NCBI GenBank assembly: GCA_963809075.1
Contig: CAWEIM010000015.1
Span: 20,465 to 84,464 of the forward strand
Source of the DNA: an uncultured Actinomycetes bacterium
GTDB taxonomy: Bacteria; Actinomycetota; Thermoleophilia; Gaiellales; Gaiellaceae
Direction of reading: 5' to 3'
Length of the DNA: 64,000 nucleotides
Positions 36,440 through 45,196 of the stretch are shown one piece after another. Position 1 is the stretch's first letter, and every line of letters begins with the position of its first letter. Position numbers and translations under genes: made by a program. Under the pieces are notes generated by a model. The model saw only the letters and a list, made by a program, of their open reading frames with translations, did no database searches and was not told the DNA's origin.

Positions 36440-36993
36440 TCGCGGAGGACGAGACGATCATCCGTCTCGACCTCAAGCAGCTGCTCGAGGATGCCGGGTT
36501 CGAGGTCTGCGCGGAGGCCAAGGACGGGGCGGAGGCGGTCGAGCTCGCGCGGAGCGCGGAGCCCGATCTCGCCGTGCTCGACGTGAAGATGCCGAAGCTG
36601 GACGGGATCGAGGCCGCGCGGGTGATCCTCGACGAGCGCCCGATCCCGATCGTGATGCTGACCGCCTACGGGCAGGACGAGCTCGTTGCCCGCGCGGTCG
36701 AGGCCGGCGTCTTCGGCTACCTGGTCAAGCCCTTCCGCGAATCCGATCTGCTCCCGGCGATCCATGCCGCGCGCGCGCGCCACCGCGAGCTGGTCGAGCT
36801 GCGCGAGGAGACCGAGTCGCTGGCGGCCGCCCTGGCCGCGCGCAAGACGATCGAACGGGCGAAGGGGCTGCTCATGGAAAGGGAAGGCCTGACGGAGGAA
36901 GAGGCGTTCGCGCGGCTGCGCAAGGCGAGTCAGGTCTCGGGCCGCCCGATGCAGGTCGTGGCCGAGGCGGTGCTTGCCACGTTCGCGGGTTGA
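36436..36993 (+). CDS. pdtaR: ANTAR-domain response regulator (PdtaR type)
   Basis: The receiver domain has IAEDETIIRLDL...PDLAVLDVKMPKLDG...VMLTAYG...GYLVKPF. The ANTAR domain is LAARKTIERAKGLLMEREGLTEEEAFARLRKASQVSGRPMQVVAEAV. The start is TTG 36436; in-frame ATT or CTC a few codons upstream cannot be excluded. Confidence 0.85.
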   Translation: MIAEDETIIRLDLKQLLEDAGFEVCAEAKDGAEAVELARSAEPDLAVLDVKMPKLDGIEAARVILDERPIPIVMLTAYGQDELVARAVEAGVFGYLVKPFRESDLLPAIHAARARHRELVELREETESLAAALAARKTIERAKGLLMEREGLTEEEAFARLRKASQVSGRPMQVVAEAVLATFAG

Positions 36994-37018
36994 GCGCGGT
37001 GGGCAGAATGAGAGCGCG

Positions 37019-37858
37019 ATGTCCATCCTCCACTCGTATCGCTGGCGTCGGCGGATCGCGTTCATCGCGGTCGCGGTCGGCGTCGCCGTACCGCTGATCT
37101 GGCTTGGCGTCCGCTATTCCGATCCGGGCAATCCCGAGAACGCGAATGGTCCCGACCGTGGCCGACTACGCGGTGACGAAGGACGTGCCGTTCACGGCCC
37201 CGCAGCGGCAACAGGTGCACAAGGTGCTGAAGCGGTTCATCTCGACCGCGGTCGTCCGCCACAACGTGTCCAGGGCATGGGACATCGCCGGCCCGACGCT
37301 CAAGGAAGGCGTTTCAGCGCAAGGAATGGGACAAGGGCGCCCTACCGGTGATCCCCTATCCGGCCCTCGACCGGGGCTGGGGGAACTGGAGCTTCGTCCA
37401 GTACTCGTATACGGAGGCGAAGAAGCACACCGTGGGGCTCGAGGTCTTCCTCTTCCCGAAGCCCAAGTCAGGTTGGTCGGCGATGACCGCCGACGTCGAG
37501 GTCGTGCACAAGCCGAAGGGACGCTGGCTCGTCGACTACTGGATGCCGAAGAAGTTCCACGGGCCGCCGGCCGTCGCGCACGCCGCCAAGGTGAAGACCA
37601 CCGCGCAGAAGCTGCGCGAGCGGCACGCCCGGAAGGCGAAGGCGGCGGCGAAGAGCCAAGGCGAAGGAGCAGGCGAGCGCGCCGATCGGGGACCAGCCGC
37701 TTGCGCGTGGCGCCTGGTGGGCGCTGCCGATCGGCATTCTCGGGCTGGCCATCCTGATCCCGCTGATGGTCGGCGGCTTCATCTGGTACCGCAACCGCAA
37801 GGCGGAACGCGCCTACTTCCGCTCGGCCGGGGATGGCAACCCAGGCTCCGGCCCGTAG
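37019..37858 (+). pseudogene. Hypothetical protein with N- and C-terminal TM helices; three to four frame breaks
   Basis: Colinear pieces: MSILHSYRWRRRIAFIAVAVGVAVPLIWLGV / TVADYAVTKDVPFTAPQRQQVHKVLKRFISTAVVRHNVSRAWDIAGPTLKEG / IPYPALDRGWGNWSFVQYSYTE...RWLVDYWMPKKF / ...WWALPIGILGLAILIPLMVGGFIWYRNRK...*. Confidence 0.5.
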
Positions 37859-37906
37859 GCCGCGCACCCAGGCGGCCCGGAGAGGGCGCGGGCGGACGCG
37901 TGGCGC

Positions 37907-38128
37907 GTGATCGTGCTGAACGACGATCACAACACGTTTCAGGGCGTCGCCTTCGCGCTCGCCAGCGTGCTGCCGTCGACGAGCTACGAGCGAGGCATGG
38001 AGCTGGCCAACCGGATCCACGACACCGGTCAGGCGATCGTCTGGTCGGGGCATCAGGAGGCGGCCGAGCTGTACTGGAACCAGCTGAAGGGTCACGGCCT
38101 GACCATGGCGCCGCTCGAGAAGGGGTAG
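37907..38128 (+). CDS. clpS: ATP-dependent Clp protease adaptor ClpS (short form)
   Basis: VIVLNDDHNTFQGVAFALASVL...GMELANRIHDTGQAIVWSGHQEAAELY matches the ClpS core. GTG start. Confidence 0.75.
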   Translation: MIVLNDDHNTFQGVAFALASVLPSTSYERGMELANRIHDTGQAIVWSGHQEAAELYWNQLKGHGLTMAPLEKG

Positions 38129-38158
38129 CCTTCGCCCCGATGACGATGGTGGTCTTCC

Positions 38159-38863
38159 GTGGCCGTCCAGCGCGCCAGACAGGCGCGCCGGCCGGCGCGC
38201 TCGCAGCACTTCCTTCGCGATAGGAGCGTCGCCGAGGAGCTGACGGCGCTGGCGGGCATCACCCGCGGCGACCTCGTGCTCGAGATCGGCGCCGGCGACG
38301 GCGCGATCACGTCCACGCTCGCGCAACGTGCCGCCTACGTCATCGCCCACGAGATCGACCCGCTGCTCGCGGCCGGTCTCCGCGAGCGCTTCGGGCCGCT
38401 CTCGTCCGTCCTCGTCGTCGAGGGCGACGCCTTCGCACAGCCAGTCCCGCGACTTCCCTTCCGCGCCGTCTCGAACGTCCCGTTCCACGAGACGACGCGG
38501 CTCTTCCGGCTGCTGCTCGACGATCCACGCGGCGCGCTCGAGCGAGCGGCGCTGATCGTGCAATGGGAGGTGGCGCGCAAGCGGGCTCGCGCCGACACAC
38601 TGCTCGGGCTCGGCTGGGCGCCGTGGTGGGAGATCCGGCTCGTTCGGCAGCTGCCCGCCGCCGTCTTTCGCCCGCGGCCGTCGGTCGACGCCGGGATCGT
38701 CGTCGTCTCGCGACGGCTGGAGCCGCTGCTTCCGGCCGCGCAGGCTCGGCCCTACCGCGCGTTCCTGCGGCGGAGCTTCGGCCGCGGCCGGCAGCCTGCC
38801 GGCCTCGAGGGCTGGCTCGAGCTCTTCACAGCAGCCAGTCGAAGAAGACCCCGAGGGCGATGA
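38159..38863 (+). CDS. Erm/KsgA-family rRNA adenine N6-methyltransferase
   Basis: SQHFLRD, LEIGAGDGAITSTLA, AHEIDP, VEGDA, VSNVPF and FRPRPSVDAGIVV. Its 3' end overlaps the convergent gene by 38 nt, so the C-terminus is uncertain. Confidence 0.7.
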   Translation: MAVQRARQARRPARSQHFLRDRSVAEELTALAGITRGDLVLEIGAGDGAITSTLAQRAAYVIAHEIDPLLAAGLRERFGPLSSVLVVEGDAFAQPVPRLPFRAVSNVPFHETTRLFRLLLDDPRGALERAALIVQWEVARKRARADTLLGLGWAPWWEIRLVRQLPAAVFRPRPSVDAGIVVVSRRLEPLLPAAQARPYRAFLRRSFGRGRQPAGLEGWLELFTAASRRRPRGR

Positions 38864-39248
38864 CAAGGAAACCGACGACGATGTACCCACCCCGGCCCGT
38901 CTGATAGCGGCGCACCATCTCGTCGTGCACGGAGGTGCTGTCCCACACCCCGCGGTAGATGTTGCGGCCGCCGAGCGCGCTACCGGAGCTGACGACCATC
39001 AAGGTCGCCCCGCCGATGTAGAGAGCGACAGGCACCGACCGCGACGGGTCGCTGTGCTTGTAGTGGCCGATGAGCAGACCCAGCCCGATGCAGATCGCGG
39101 AGACCACGGCCATCCAGGCCAGGAGGCGGCCCAACCCGGACAGGAGCCAGCGAAGGGATCTCCGGCGTTCGCGCTGCTCGGGATGGATCGGCTCGCCCGC
39201 GCGCATGAAGCGCTCCTGCATCGACTCCTCTCGCTTGGGCGCCATCAC
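38826..39248 (-). CDS. Small membrane protein (3 TM), unknown function
   Basis: 140 aa, intact. The GTG start overlaps the ABC-F stop (GTGA). The hydrophobic segments are LLAWMAVVSAICIGLGLLIG, VALYIGGATLMVV and IVVGFLVIALGVFF. Confidence 0.55.
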   Translation of the reverse strand: MMAPKREESMQERFMRAGEPIHPEQRERRRSLRWLLSGLGRLLAWMAVVSAICIGLGLLIGHYKHSDPSRSVPVALYIGGATLMVVSSGSALGGRNIYRGVWDSTSVHDEMVRRYQTGRGGYIVVGFLVIALGVFFDWLL

Positions 39249-41127
39249 CGTCGCTCGAAGACTTCCTCCCAGCGCGAGATCAGGGACTGGAGCTCCTCTC
39301 GGGCACGGCGATGCGCGGCGAGCGTCTCGACGTCCGTCCAGTCGTCCGAGAGCTTCTGCTCGAGCTCCGCGACCGTCCGCTCCCGCACCTCGATCTCGGT
39401 CTCGATCCGCTCCAGCTCGCTCGGCTGCCGCGGCTTCGGCTTCGGCGACGGCTTTGCCTTCGCCTTCACGGGCTTCGGCTCGACCCGCTCCGGAGGGGCG
39501 TCCAGCTCGGCGCGCCGCCGGACGTAATCGGCCCAGCCGCCGTCGTACGAGCCCAGCCTGCCGTCTTCGATTGCCAGCGTGCGCTCGGCGACGGCATCCA
39601 GCAAAGCGCGGTCGTGGGAGACGAGCAGGATCGTCCCGGGAAAGGCTTCGAGCGCGGCCTCGAGCGCCTCGCGGCTCTCCAGGTCGAGGTGGTTCGTAGG
39701 CTCGTCCAGGACGAGGAAGTTGGCCCCCGACGCGACGACGAGCGCAAGGGCGAGCCGACGTCGCTCACCGCCGGAGAGCACCGCGACCGCCTTCTGCTGC
39801 TCCTCCCAGCCCGAGAAGAGGAAGCGGCCGAGGAGGTTCTGCGCGTCCGGTCGCCGCAGCCCGGTCGCCCCCTGGGCGCATTCGAGCACCGATCCGCGCT
39901 CGTCGAGCTCCACCTCCTGCTGGGAGAAGTACGCGACCTCGACGCCGTGACCGAGGCGCACCTTGCCGCCGTCGTGGTCGCGCCGGCCGAGCATGGTCTC
40001 GAGGAGCGTCGTCTTGCCGGAGCCGTTCGGGCCGACGAGGGCGACGTGCTCTGCGCGCTCGAGCGCGAAGGTCGCGGCGAGGAGAGCGGCGACCCTCGAC
40101 GGAGACATCGAGCTCCTCCGCCTCCACGACCGTACGCCCACTGCGCGCCGGGTTGAGGAACTCGAAGCCGAGGCGCCGTCCCTTGCGCGTCAAGAGCTGG
40201 ATCTCGCTCTGCGCCTTCGCCTGCTCCTTCTCGAGCCGCGCGATGTGGGTCATCTTGGCCTGCGCCTTGCGCGCCATCTTCGGGCTCGAGGCGCGGAAGC
40301 GCTCGACGAAGCGCTCCAGGCGCGCGATGTCGCGGCCGACGCGGTCGGCGGCCTTCGACGCCGCGTGCAGGCGCGCGGCCTTCTCGCGGCGCCACTCGTG
40401 CCACGGCCCGGCGAAGTACGTCGAGCGGCCGGCCTCCAGCTCGAGGACGGCGGTCGTCGTCGCCTCCAGGAACCAGCGGTCGTGCGCGACCAGGATCACG
40501 GCTGCGTCGGTCGACTGGAGCGTCTGCTCGAGCCACTCGATGTTGTTGACGTCGAGGTGGTTGGTCGGCTCGTCCAGAAGGAGCAGGTCGGGATCGCCGC
40601 CGAGCGCGCGCGCGAGCGACGCCCGGGTCAGCTCGCCGCCCGAGAACGTATCCAGCTCTCGGTCGAGGTCGTCGTCCGCAAAGCCGAGCCCGCGGAGGGC
40701 CGCGTCGACCCGTTCCCGCCACGCGTAGCCGCCGGCGTGCTCCAGCCGTGCCTGCGCCTCTGAATAGCGGCGGAGCGTCGCGGGATCGTGCTCTCCGCCG
40801 GCCATCGCGGCCTCGAGGCGAGCGAGCTCCTGCTCCGTCGCGATCAGGTCTCCCGCGCCGGAGAGCGCGTACTCGCGCAGGGAAAGCCCGCGCTCGAGCG
40901 GCGGGCGCTGGTCGTGCAGCGCGATCCGCGCGCCCTTCTCGAAGGCGAGCTCGCCGCCGTGCAGGTCTGTTTCTGCCGGCCAGGATCCGGAGCAGGGTCG
41001 TCTTCCCGGCCCCGTTGGGTCCGGACAGGGACAGCCGGTCGCGCCGCTCGACCTTGAACGAGACGCCGTCGAACAGCAGCGACCCTGCGATCTCCTTGCG
41101 GAGGTTGGTTCCGATGACGACCGCCAT
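39245..41127 (-). pseudogene. ABC-F family ATPase (two ABC cassettes, no TM domain); two frame breaks (about 40975 and 40100)
   Basis: Cassette 1: GPNGAGKTTLLRILAG / LSGGELTRASLARAL / LLLLDEPTNHLD. Cassette 2: GPNGSGKTTLLE / LSGGERRRLALA / LVLDEPTNHLD. Both a charged linker and a C-terminal coiled coil are present. The pieces lie in three frames. Confidence 0.85.
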
Positions 41128-41147
41128 GACGCTAAGCGTAGGCGGCG

Positions 41148-41555
41148 TTACGAGATCGGCCTGTCGCTCCGTCTTTTCGTTTGCTGCGCGATCGCGTTCA
41201 CGAGCACGTTCGCGGCCCAGACGATGACCGCGGTCCCCGCGACCGACCAGAAGCCGCCGACGTCGAAGCCTGGGACGAGCCACGCGGTCAGCGCGACCAT
41301 CCCCATGTTGATCAGGAACAGGAAGAGACCGAGTGTCACGACGATCAGCAGGCAGCTGACGATGGTCAGGATCGGCTTGATGATCAGGTTGACGACGCAG
41401 AGGATTGCGGTCGCGATCAGGAGGTCGGAGAACTCCTCGTAGCCGACGCTGTCGATCCACCTGCTCGCCAGCCAGAGCGCGAGCAGGTTCGCGCCGAAGC
41501 CGAGGACGAGCCGGATCGGCCAGTCGAACTGCTCCTCGCGGCGGCGATCAGGCAA
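41148..41555 (-). CDS. DUF360 / phage-holin-4_2 family membrane protein
   Basis: LVLGFGANLLALWLASRWI...LIATAILCVVNLIIKPILTIVSCLLIVVTLGLFLFLINMGMVALTAWLVPGFDV. The TTG start is 8 nt inside the tkt 3' end. Confidence 0.65.
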   Translation of the reverse strand: MPDRRREEQFDWPIRLVLGFGANLLALWLASRWIDSVGYEEFSDLLIATAILCVVNLIIKPILTIVSCLLIVVTLGLFLFLINMGMVALTAWLVPGFDVGGFWSVAGTAVIVWAANVLVNAIAQQTKRRSDRPIS

Positions 41556-43402
41556 CGGCGCGCGCGCCGACGAGGCGCTTGGCTGCGCCGGCGATGTGCT
41601 CGGCGTCGATTCCCGCCGCGGAGAGCAGCTCGGCCGGCTTGCCGGAACCGGGCATTCCCTCGACTGCGAGCATGACCACGGTTGGCTTCTCCTCGGCGTC
41701 CGCGAAGGCAGTGAGAACGGTCTCGCCGAGCCCGCCCTCGGGCCAGTGGTCCTCGACGGTGACGATGCGCCCGTCGGTTGCCTCCGCCGCGGCACGCAGT
41801 CCCTCGACGTCGACCGGCTTGATCGAGTAGAGGTCGATCAACGCGCGCGTTGATCCCCTCCTCGGCCAGCGAGTCGGCGGCCTTGAGCGCCTCGTGCAGC
41901 GTGATCCCCGCCCCGACGATCGTCACGTCGTCTTCGTCGGACGAGCGGACGACGCGGCTGCCGCCGACCGGGAACTCCTCTCCGGGCTCGTAGATCACCG
42001 GCGTGGCCGCGCGGGTCGTGCGCATGTACTTGATGCCGGGGAGGTCGGCCATCTGCTCGACCAGCTGCGCGGTCTGGTTCGCATCGGACGGATAGAGGAC
42101 GGTGCTCGAGTGGATCGCGCGGAACTCCGCGAGATCCTCGAGCGCCATCTGCGACGGCCCGTCCTCGCCAATCGAGACGCCGGCGTGCGATCCGCACAGG
42201 CTGAAGTTGGCGCGGCTGATCGCCGCCATGCGGACGAAGTCGTACGCCCGCGAGAGGAAGGCCGCGAAGGTGGAACCGAACGGGTGCCACTTGCGCACCT
42301 GGAGGCCGACGGCCGTGGCGACCATCTGCTGCTCGGCGATGTACATCTCGAAGTAGCGGTCCGGATGCGCGTCGCGGAAGAACTCGGCGTAGGTCGAGTT
42401 CGACACCTCGCCGTCGACGGCGACGACGTCGCCGCGCATGTCGCCGAGCGCGCGCAGCGCCTCTCCGTAGGCCGTCCGGGTCGCGACGTCCTTGCCGCCC
42501 ATCTCGTAGGTCGGCAGCTCCCCGCCCGGCACTTCGAAGCGGTGCGGCTCGCCAGACGATTCGGGCTTGGGGACGTCGACGACGATGTTGCGGATCCCGC
42601 CCAGCTCCTCGATCGCCTCGTCGGGATGGTCGAGCGCCTTTCCGTGCCAGTTCAGCTGATTCTCGACCTCCTTGACGCCCTTGCCCTTGAGCGTGTGCGC
42701 CACGATCACGGTGGGTTGGCCGTGGGTGTGGAGCGCCTCCTGGTAGGCGCGGTCGATCTCCTCGAGGTCGTGCCCGTCGATCTCGATCGCCTTCCAGCCG
42801 AAGGCCTCGGCCCGCTTCGCGTACGAATTCAGATCCCAGCCGTGCATCGTCTCGCCGCGCTGCCCGAGCCGGTTCACGTCGATGATTGCGGTCAGGTTCT
42901 CGAGCTCGTAGAACGCGGCGTGCTCGAAGGCCTCCCACATCGAGCCCTCCGCCATCTCGCTGTCGCCGCACAGGCACCAGACCCGGTACGGAAGCCGGTC
43001 GAGGTTCTTGCCTGCGAGGGCGACGCCGACCGAGATCGGCAGCCCCTGGCCGAGTGAGCCGGTGGCGACGTCGACCCAGGGAATCTCGGGGGTCGGGTGA
43101 CCTTCCATGCGGCTGCCGAAGACGCGAAACGTAAGGAGCTCGTCGTCCGTGATCGCGCCGGCGGCCTTGAACATCGAGTAGACGAGGGGGGACGCGTGTC
43201 CCTTGGAGAAGATCAGGTGGTCGTTGTTCGGGTTCTCCGGCTGGTCGTAGTCGTAGTGCAGGTACTTCGACATCAGGACGGCCATCAGGTCGGCCGCGGA
43301 CATCGACGAGGTCGGGTGCCCCGATTTCGTCACGTTCGCCGCGCGGATCGAATCCACGCGCAACTGTTGTCCGAGCTCTCGCCAGCTGTCCACTTCGGTC
43401 AT
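41548..43402 (-). pseudogene. tkt: Transketolase; one frame break at about 41840-41850
   Basis: GGAGG lies before ATG 43402. SGHPTSSMSAADLMAVL, GSLGQGLPISVGVALA, CLCGDSEMAEGSMWEA and GSHAGVSIGEDGPSQMALED. The C-terminal IDLYSIKPVDVEGL...VTVEDH is one base out of frame, with an extra T in GTT. Confidence 0.9.
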
Positions 43403-43447
43403 CCCGCCTCCTTCGCTCGTCCTCTCGCGCCGCATCTTACGGCGCGG

Positions 43448-43453
43448 TAAGTT
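43448..43453 (+). promoter_or_regulatory. Candidate -10 box (TAAGTT) 6 nt before the rpiB GTG; leaderless candidate
   Basis: A TANNNT hexamer in the 57-nt divergent tkt/rpiB intergenic region. There is no Shine-Dalgarno sequence before GTG 43460. Confidence 0.4.
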
Positions 43454-43459
43454 GCTGGT

Positions 43460-43933
43460 GTGAGGGTCGCCGTCGGGTTCGACCATCGAGGAGTGAAGCT
43501 GCGGGAGCGCGTGCTCGAGGATCTCGCCGCGCTCGGCCACGAAGCGGTCGACCTCGGAACCGACCAGCCCGAGCCGCGGATCGACTATCCGGACAAGGCG
43601 CTCGAGCTCGGCCGCGCGATCCTCGACGGCGACGCCGAGCGAGGCATCCTGATCTGCGGATCAGGCGTGGGCGCCTCCGTCGCGGCCGCGAAGATCCCGG
43701 GAATTCGCGCAGCGATCTGCCACGACATCTATTCGGCGCACCAGGGCGTAGAGCACGACGACATGAACGTTCTCTGCCTCGGATCGGAAGTGGTCGGGCC
43801 GGAGCTTGCCGCCGACCTGATCAAGGCGTTTCTCGGGGCCGAATTCATCGGAGGCGGCCGCTACGAGCGCCGCCTGGAGAAGGTCGCCGCCATTGAGCGG
43901 GGAGAGCTGAATCTCGCGGAGGGTACGGAATGA
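43460..43933 (+). CDS. rpiB: Ribose-5-phosphate isomerase B
   Basis: MRVAVGFDHRGVKLRE...GILICGSGVGASVAAAKIPGIRAA...HDDMNVLCLG. Confidence 0.9.
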   Translation: MRVAVGFDHRGVKLRERVLEDLAALGHEAVDLGTDQPEPRIDYPDKALELGRAILDGDAERGILICGSGVGASVAAAKIPGIRAAICHDIYSAHQGVEHDDMNVLCLGSEVVGPELAADLIKAFLGAEFIGGGRYERRLEKVAAIERGELNLAEGTE

Positions 43934-43971
43934 ACGTCGTTGGAATGAAAGGCCGTGCGGCGGGGGCGGAG

Positions 43972-44062
43972 CCCGGCTTTGCCGGAGCGCAGCCCAAGTC
44001 AGTGTCGGCACGAGCGAACTGTGAAGGAGGGGGCTCATGGGGGAACCATGGGTTCCCCCATG
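43972..44062 (+). repeat. Intergenic palindromic element, copy 2 (core 44021-44062; perfect 12-bp stem CATGGGGGAACC-ATG-GGTTCCCCCATG)
   Basis: It matches 33731-33770 apart from two G-run lengths and one compensatory base-pair change. It lies between rpiB and tal, 21 nt before the tal ATG (44084) and just 5' of its GAGGAG. Confidence 0.75.
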
Positions 44063-44083
44063 AATTCGAGGAGATGACAGCAA

Positions 44084-45196
44084 ATGGCTAAGAGCCGGTT
44101 GCACGGACTATCAGAGCTGGGACAGAGCGTCTGGATCGACTACCTCTCGCGGGACCTGATCCACCAGGGGGAGCTCGAGCGCATGATGCGAGAGGACTCC
44201 GTCGTCGGCGTCACGTCGAATCCGACCATCTTCCAGAAGGCGATCTCGCAGGGCAACGCGTACGACGAGCAGCTGCGAGAGCTCATGGAGGAGCATTGCG
44301 AGATCGTCGACGCGTTCTTCCGCCTCGCCGAGAGAGACGTCAGCGACGCGTGTGACCTCCTGCGCGGCGTGTGGGAGGAGACCGCGGGCGGGGACGGCTA
44401 CGTGTCGATCGAAGTCGACCCGAACCTCGCGTACGACCGCGAGGCGACGTTCCAGCAGGCGAAAGAGCTGCACGAGACGATCGACAAGCCGAATCTGTTC
44501 GTCAAGATCCCCGGGACGGAGCCGGGTATCGGCGCGATCGAGGACTCGATTGCCGCCGGCCGCTCGATCAACATCACGCTGCTCTTCTCCCTCTCGCGCC
44601 ACAAGGAGGTCATCGAGGCCTACCAGCGAGGGATCGAGCGTCTGATCGAGGACGGTGGCGACCCGAGCCGCGTCGCGTCGGTCGCAAGCTACTTCGTCTC
44701 GCGCGTGGACACGGAGGGGGACAAGCGCCTGGAGGCGATCGGGACGGAAGAAGCGCTCGCTCTGCGCGGCAAGCTCGCCATCGCGAATGCGAAGCTCGCG
44801 TACCAGAACTACCTGGAGGCGTTCTCGAGCGACCGCTGGAAGGCGCTCGAGGCGAAGGGCGCGACCCGTCAGCGCTGCCTGTGGGCGTCCACCTCGACCA
44901 AGAATCCCGAGTACCGCGACGTGCTGTACGTCGAGGAGCTGATCGGCCCCGAGACCGTGGACACGATGCCCGAGGAGACGATCCAGGCGTTCCAGGATCA
45001 CGGGGAAGTGGCCGAGACCCTGACCCAGGGAATCGACGAGGCCAAACAGGTCTTCGACGAGCTGGCCGCGGTCGGCGTCGACTACGACGACGTCAGCGCC
45101 ACGCTGGAGAAGGAGGGCGTCGAGAAGTTCTCCGACTCGTTCGCGGAGCTGATGGAGGGGATCAAGTCCAAACGCGGCGAGCTCGTCTCCGCATGA
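44084..45196 (+). CDS. tal: Transaldolase (long actinobacterial type)
   Basis: GQSVWIDYLSRDL, VTSNPTIF, YVSIEVDP, LFVKIPGT, INITLLFS and ASYFVSRVD. Intact, 370 aa. Confidence 0.9.
   Translation: MAKSRLHGLSELGQSVWIDYLSRDLIHQGELERMMREDSVVGVTSNPTIFQKAISQGNAYDEQLRELMEEHCEIVDAFFRLAERDVSDACDLLRGVWEETAGGDGYVSIEVDPNLAYDREATFQQAKELHETIDKPNLFVKIPGTEPGIGAIEDSIAAGRSINITLLFSLSRHKEVIEAYQRGIERLIEDGGDPSRVASVASYFVSRVDTEGDKRLEAIGTEEALALRGKLAIANAKLAYQNYLEAFSSDRWKALEAKGATRQRCLWASTSTKNPEYRDVLYVEELIGPETVDTMPEETIQAFQDHGEVAETLTQGIDEAKQVFDELAAVGVDYDDVSATLEKEGVEKFSDSFAELMEGIKSKRGELVSA

Noticed and set aside
41148-41555. Phage-holin-family (DUF360) gene as evidence of a prophage.
   Set aside because: It sits between tkt and an ABC-F gene in one operon, and no other phage functions are nearby. 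This family is widespread in chromosomal contexts.
44033-44062. Short peptide ORFs inside the palindromic repeat (MGEPWVPP in copy 2, VGNHGFPHARACRT in copy 1, and track ORF 33521-33769 on the other strand).
   Set aside because: The reading frames and lengths are not conserved between the two copies. The base pairing is conserved, which favours a structural element.
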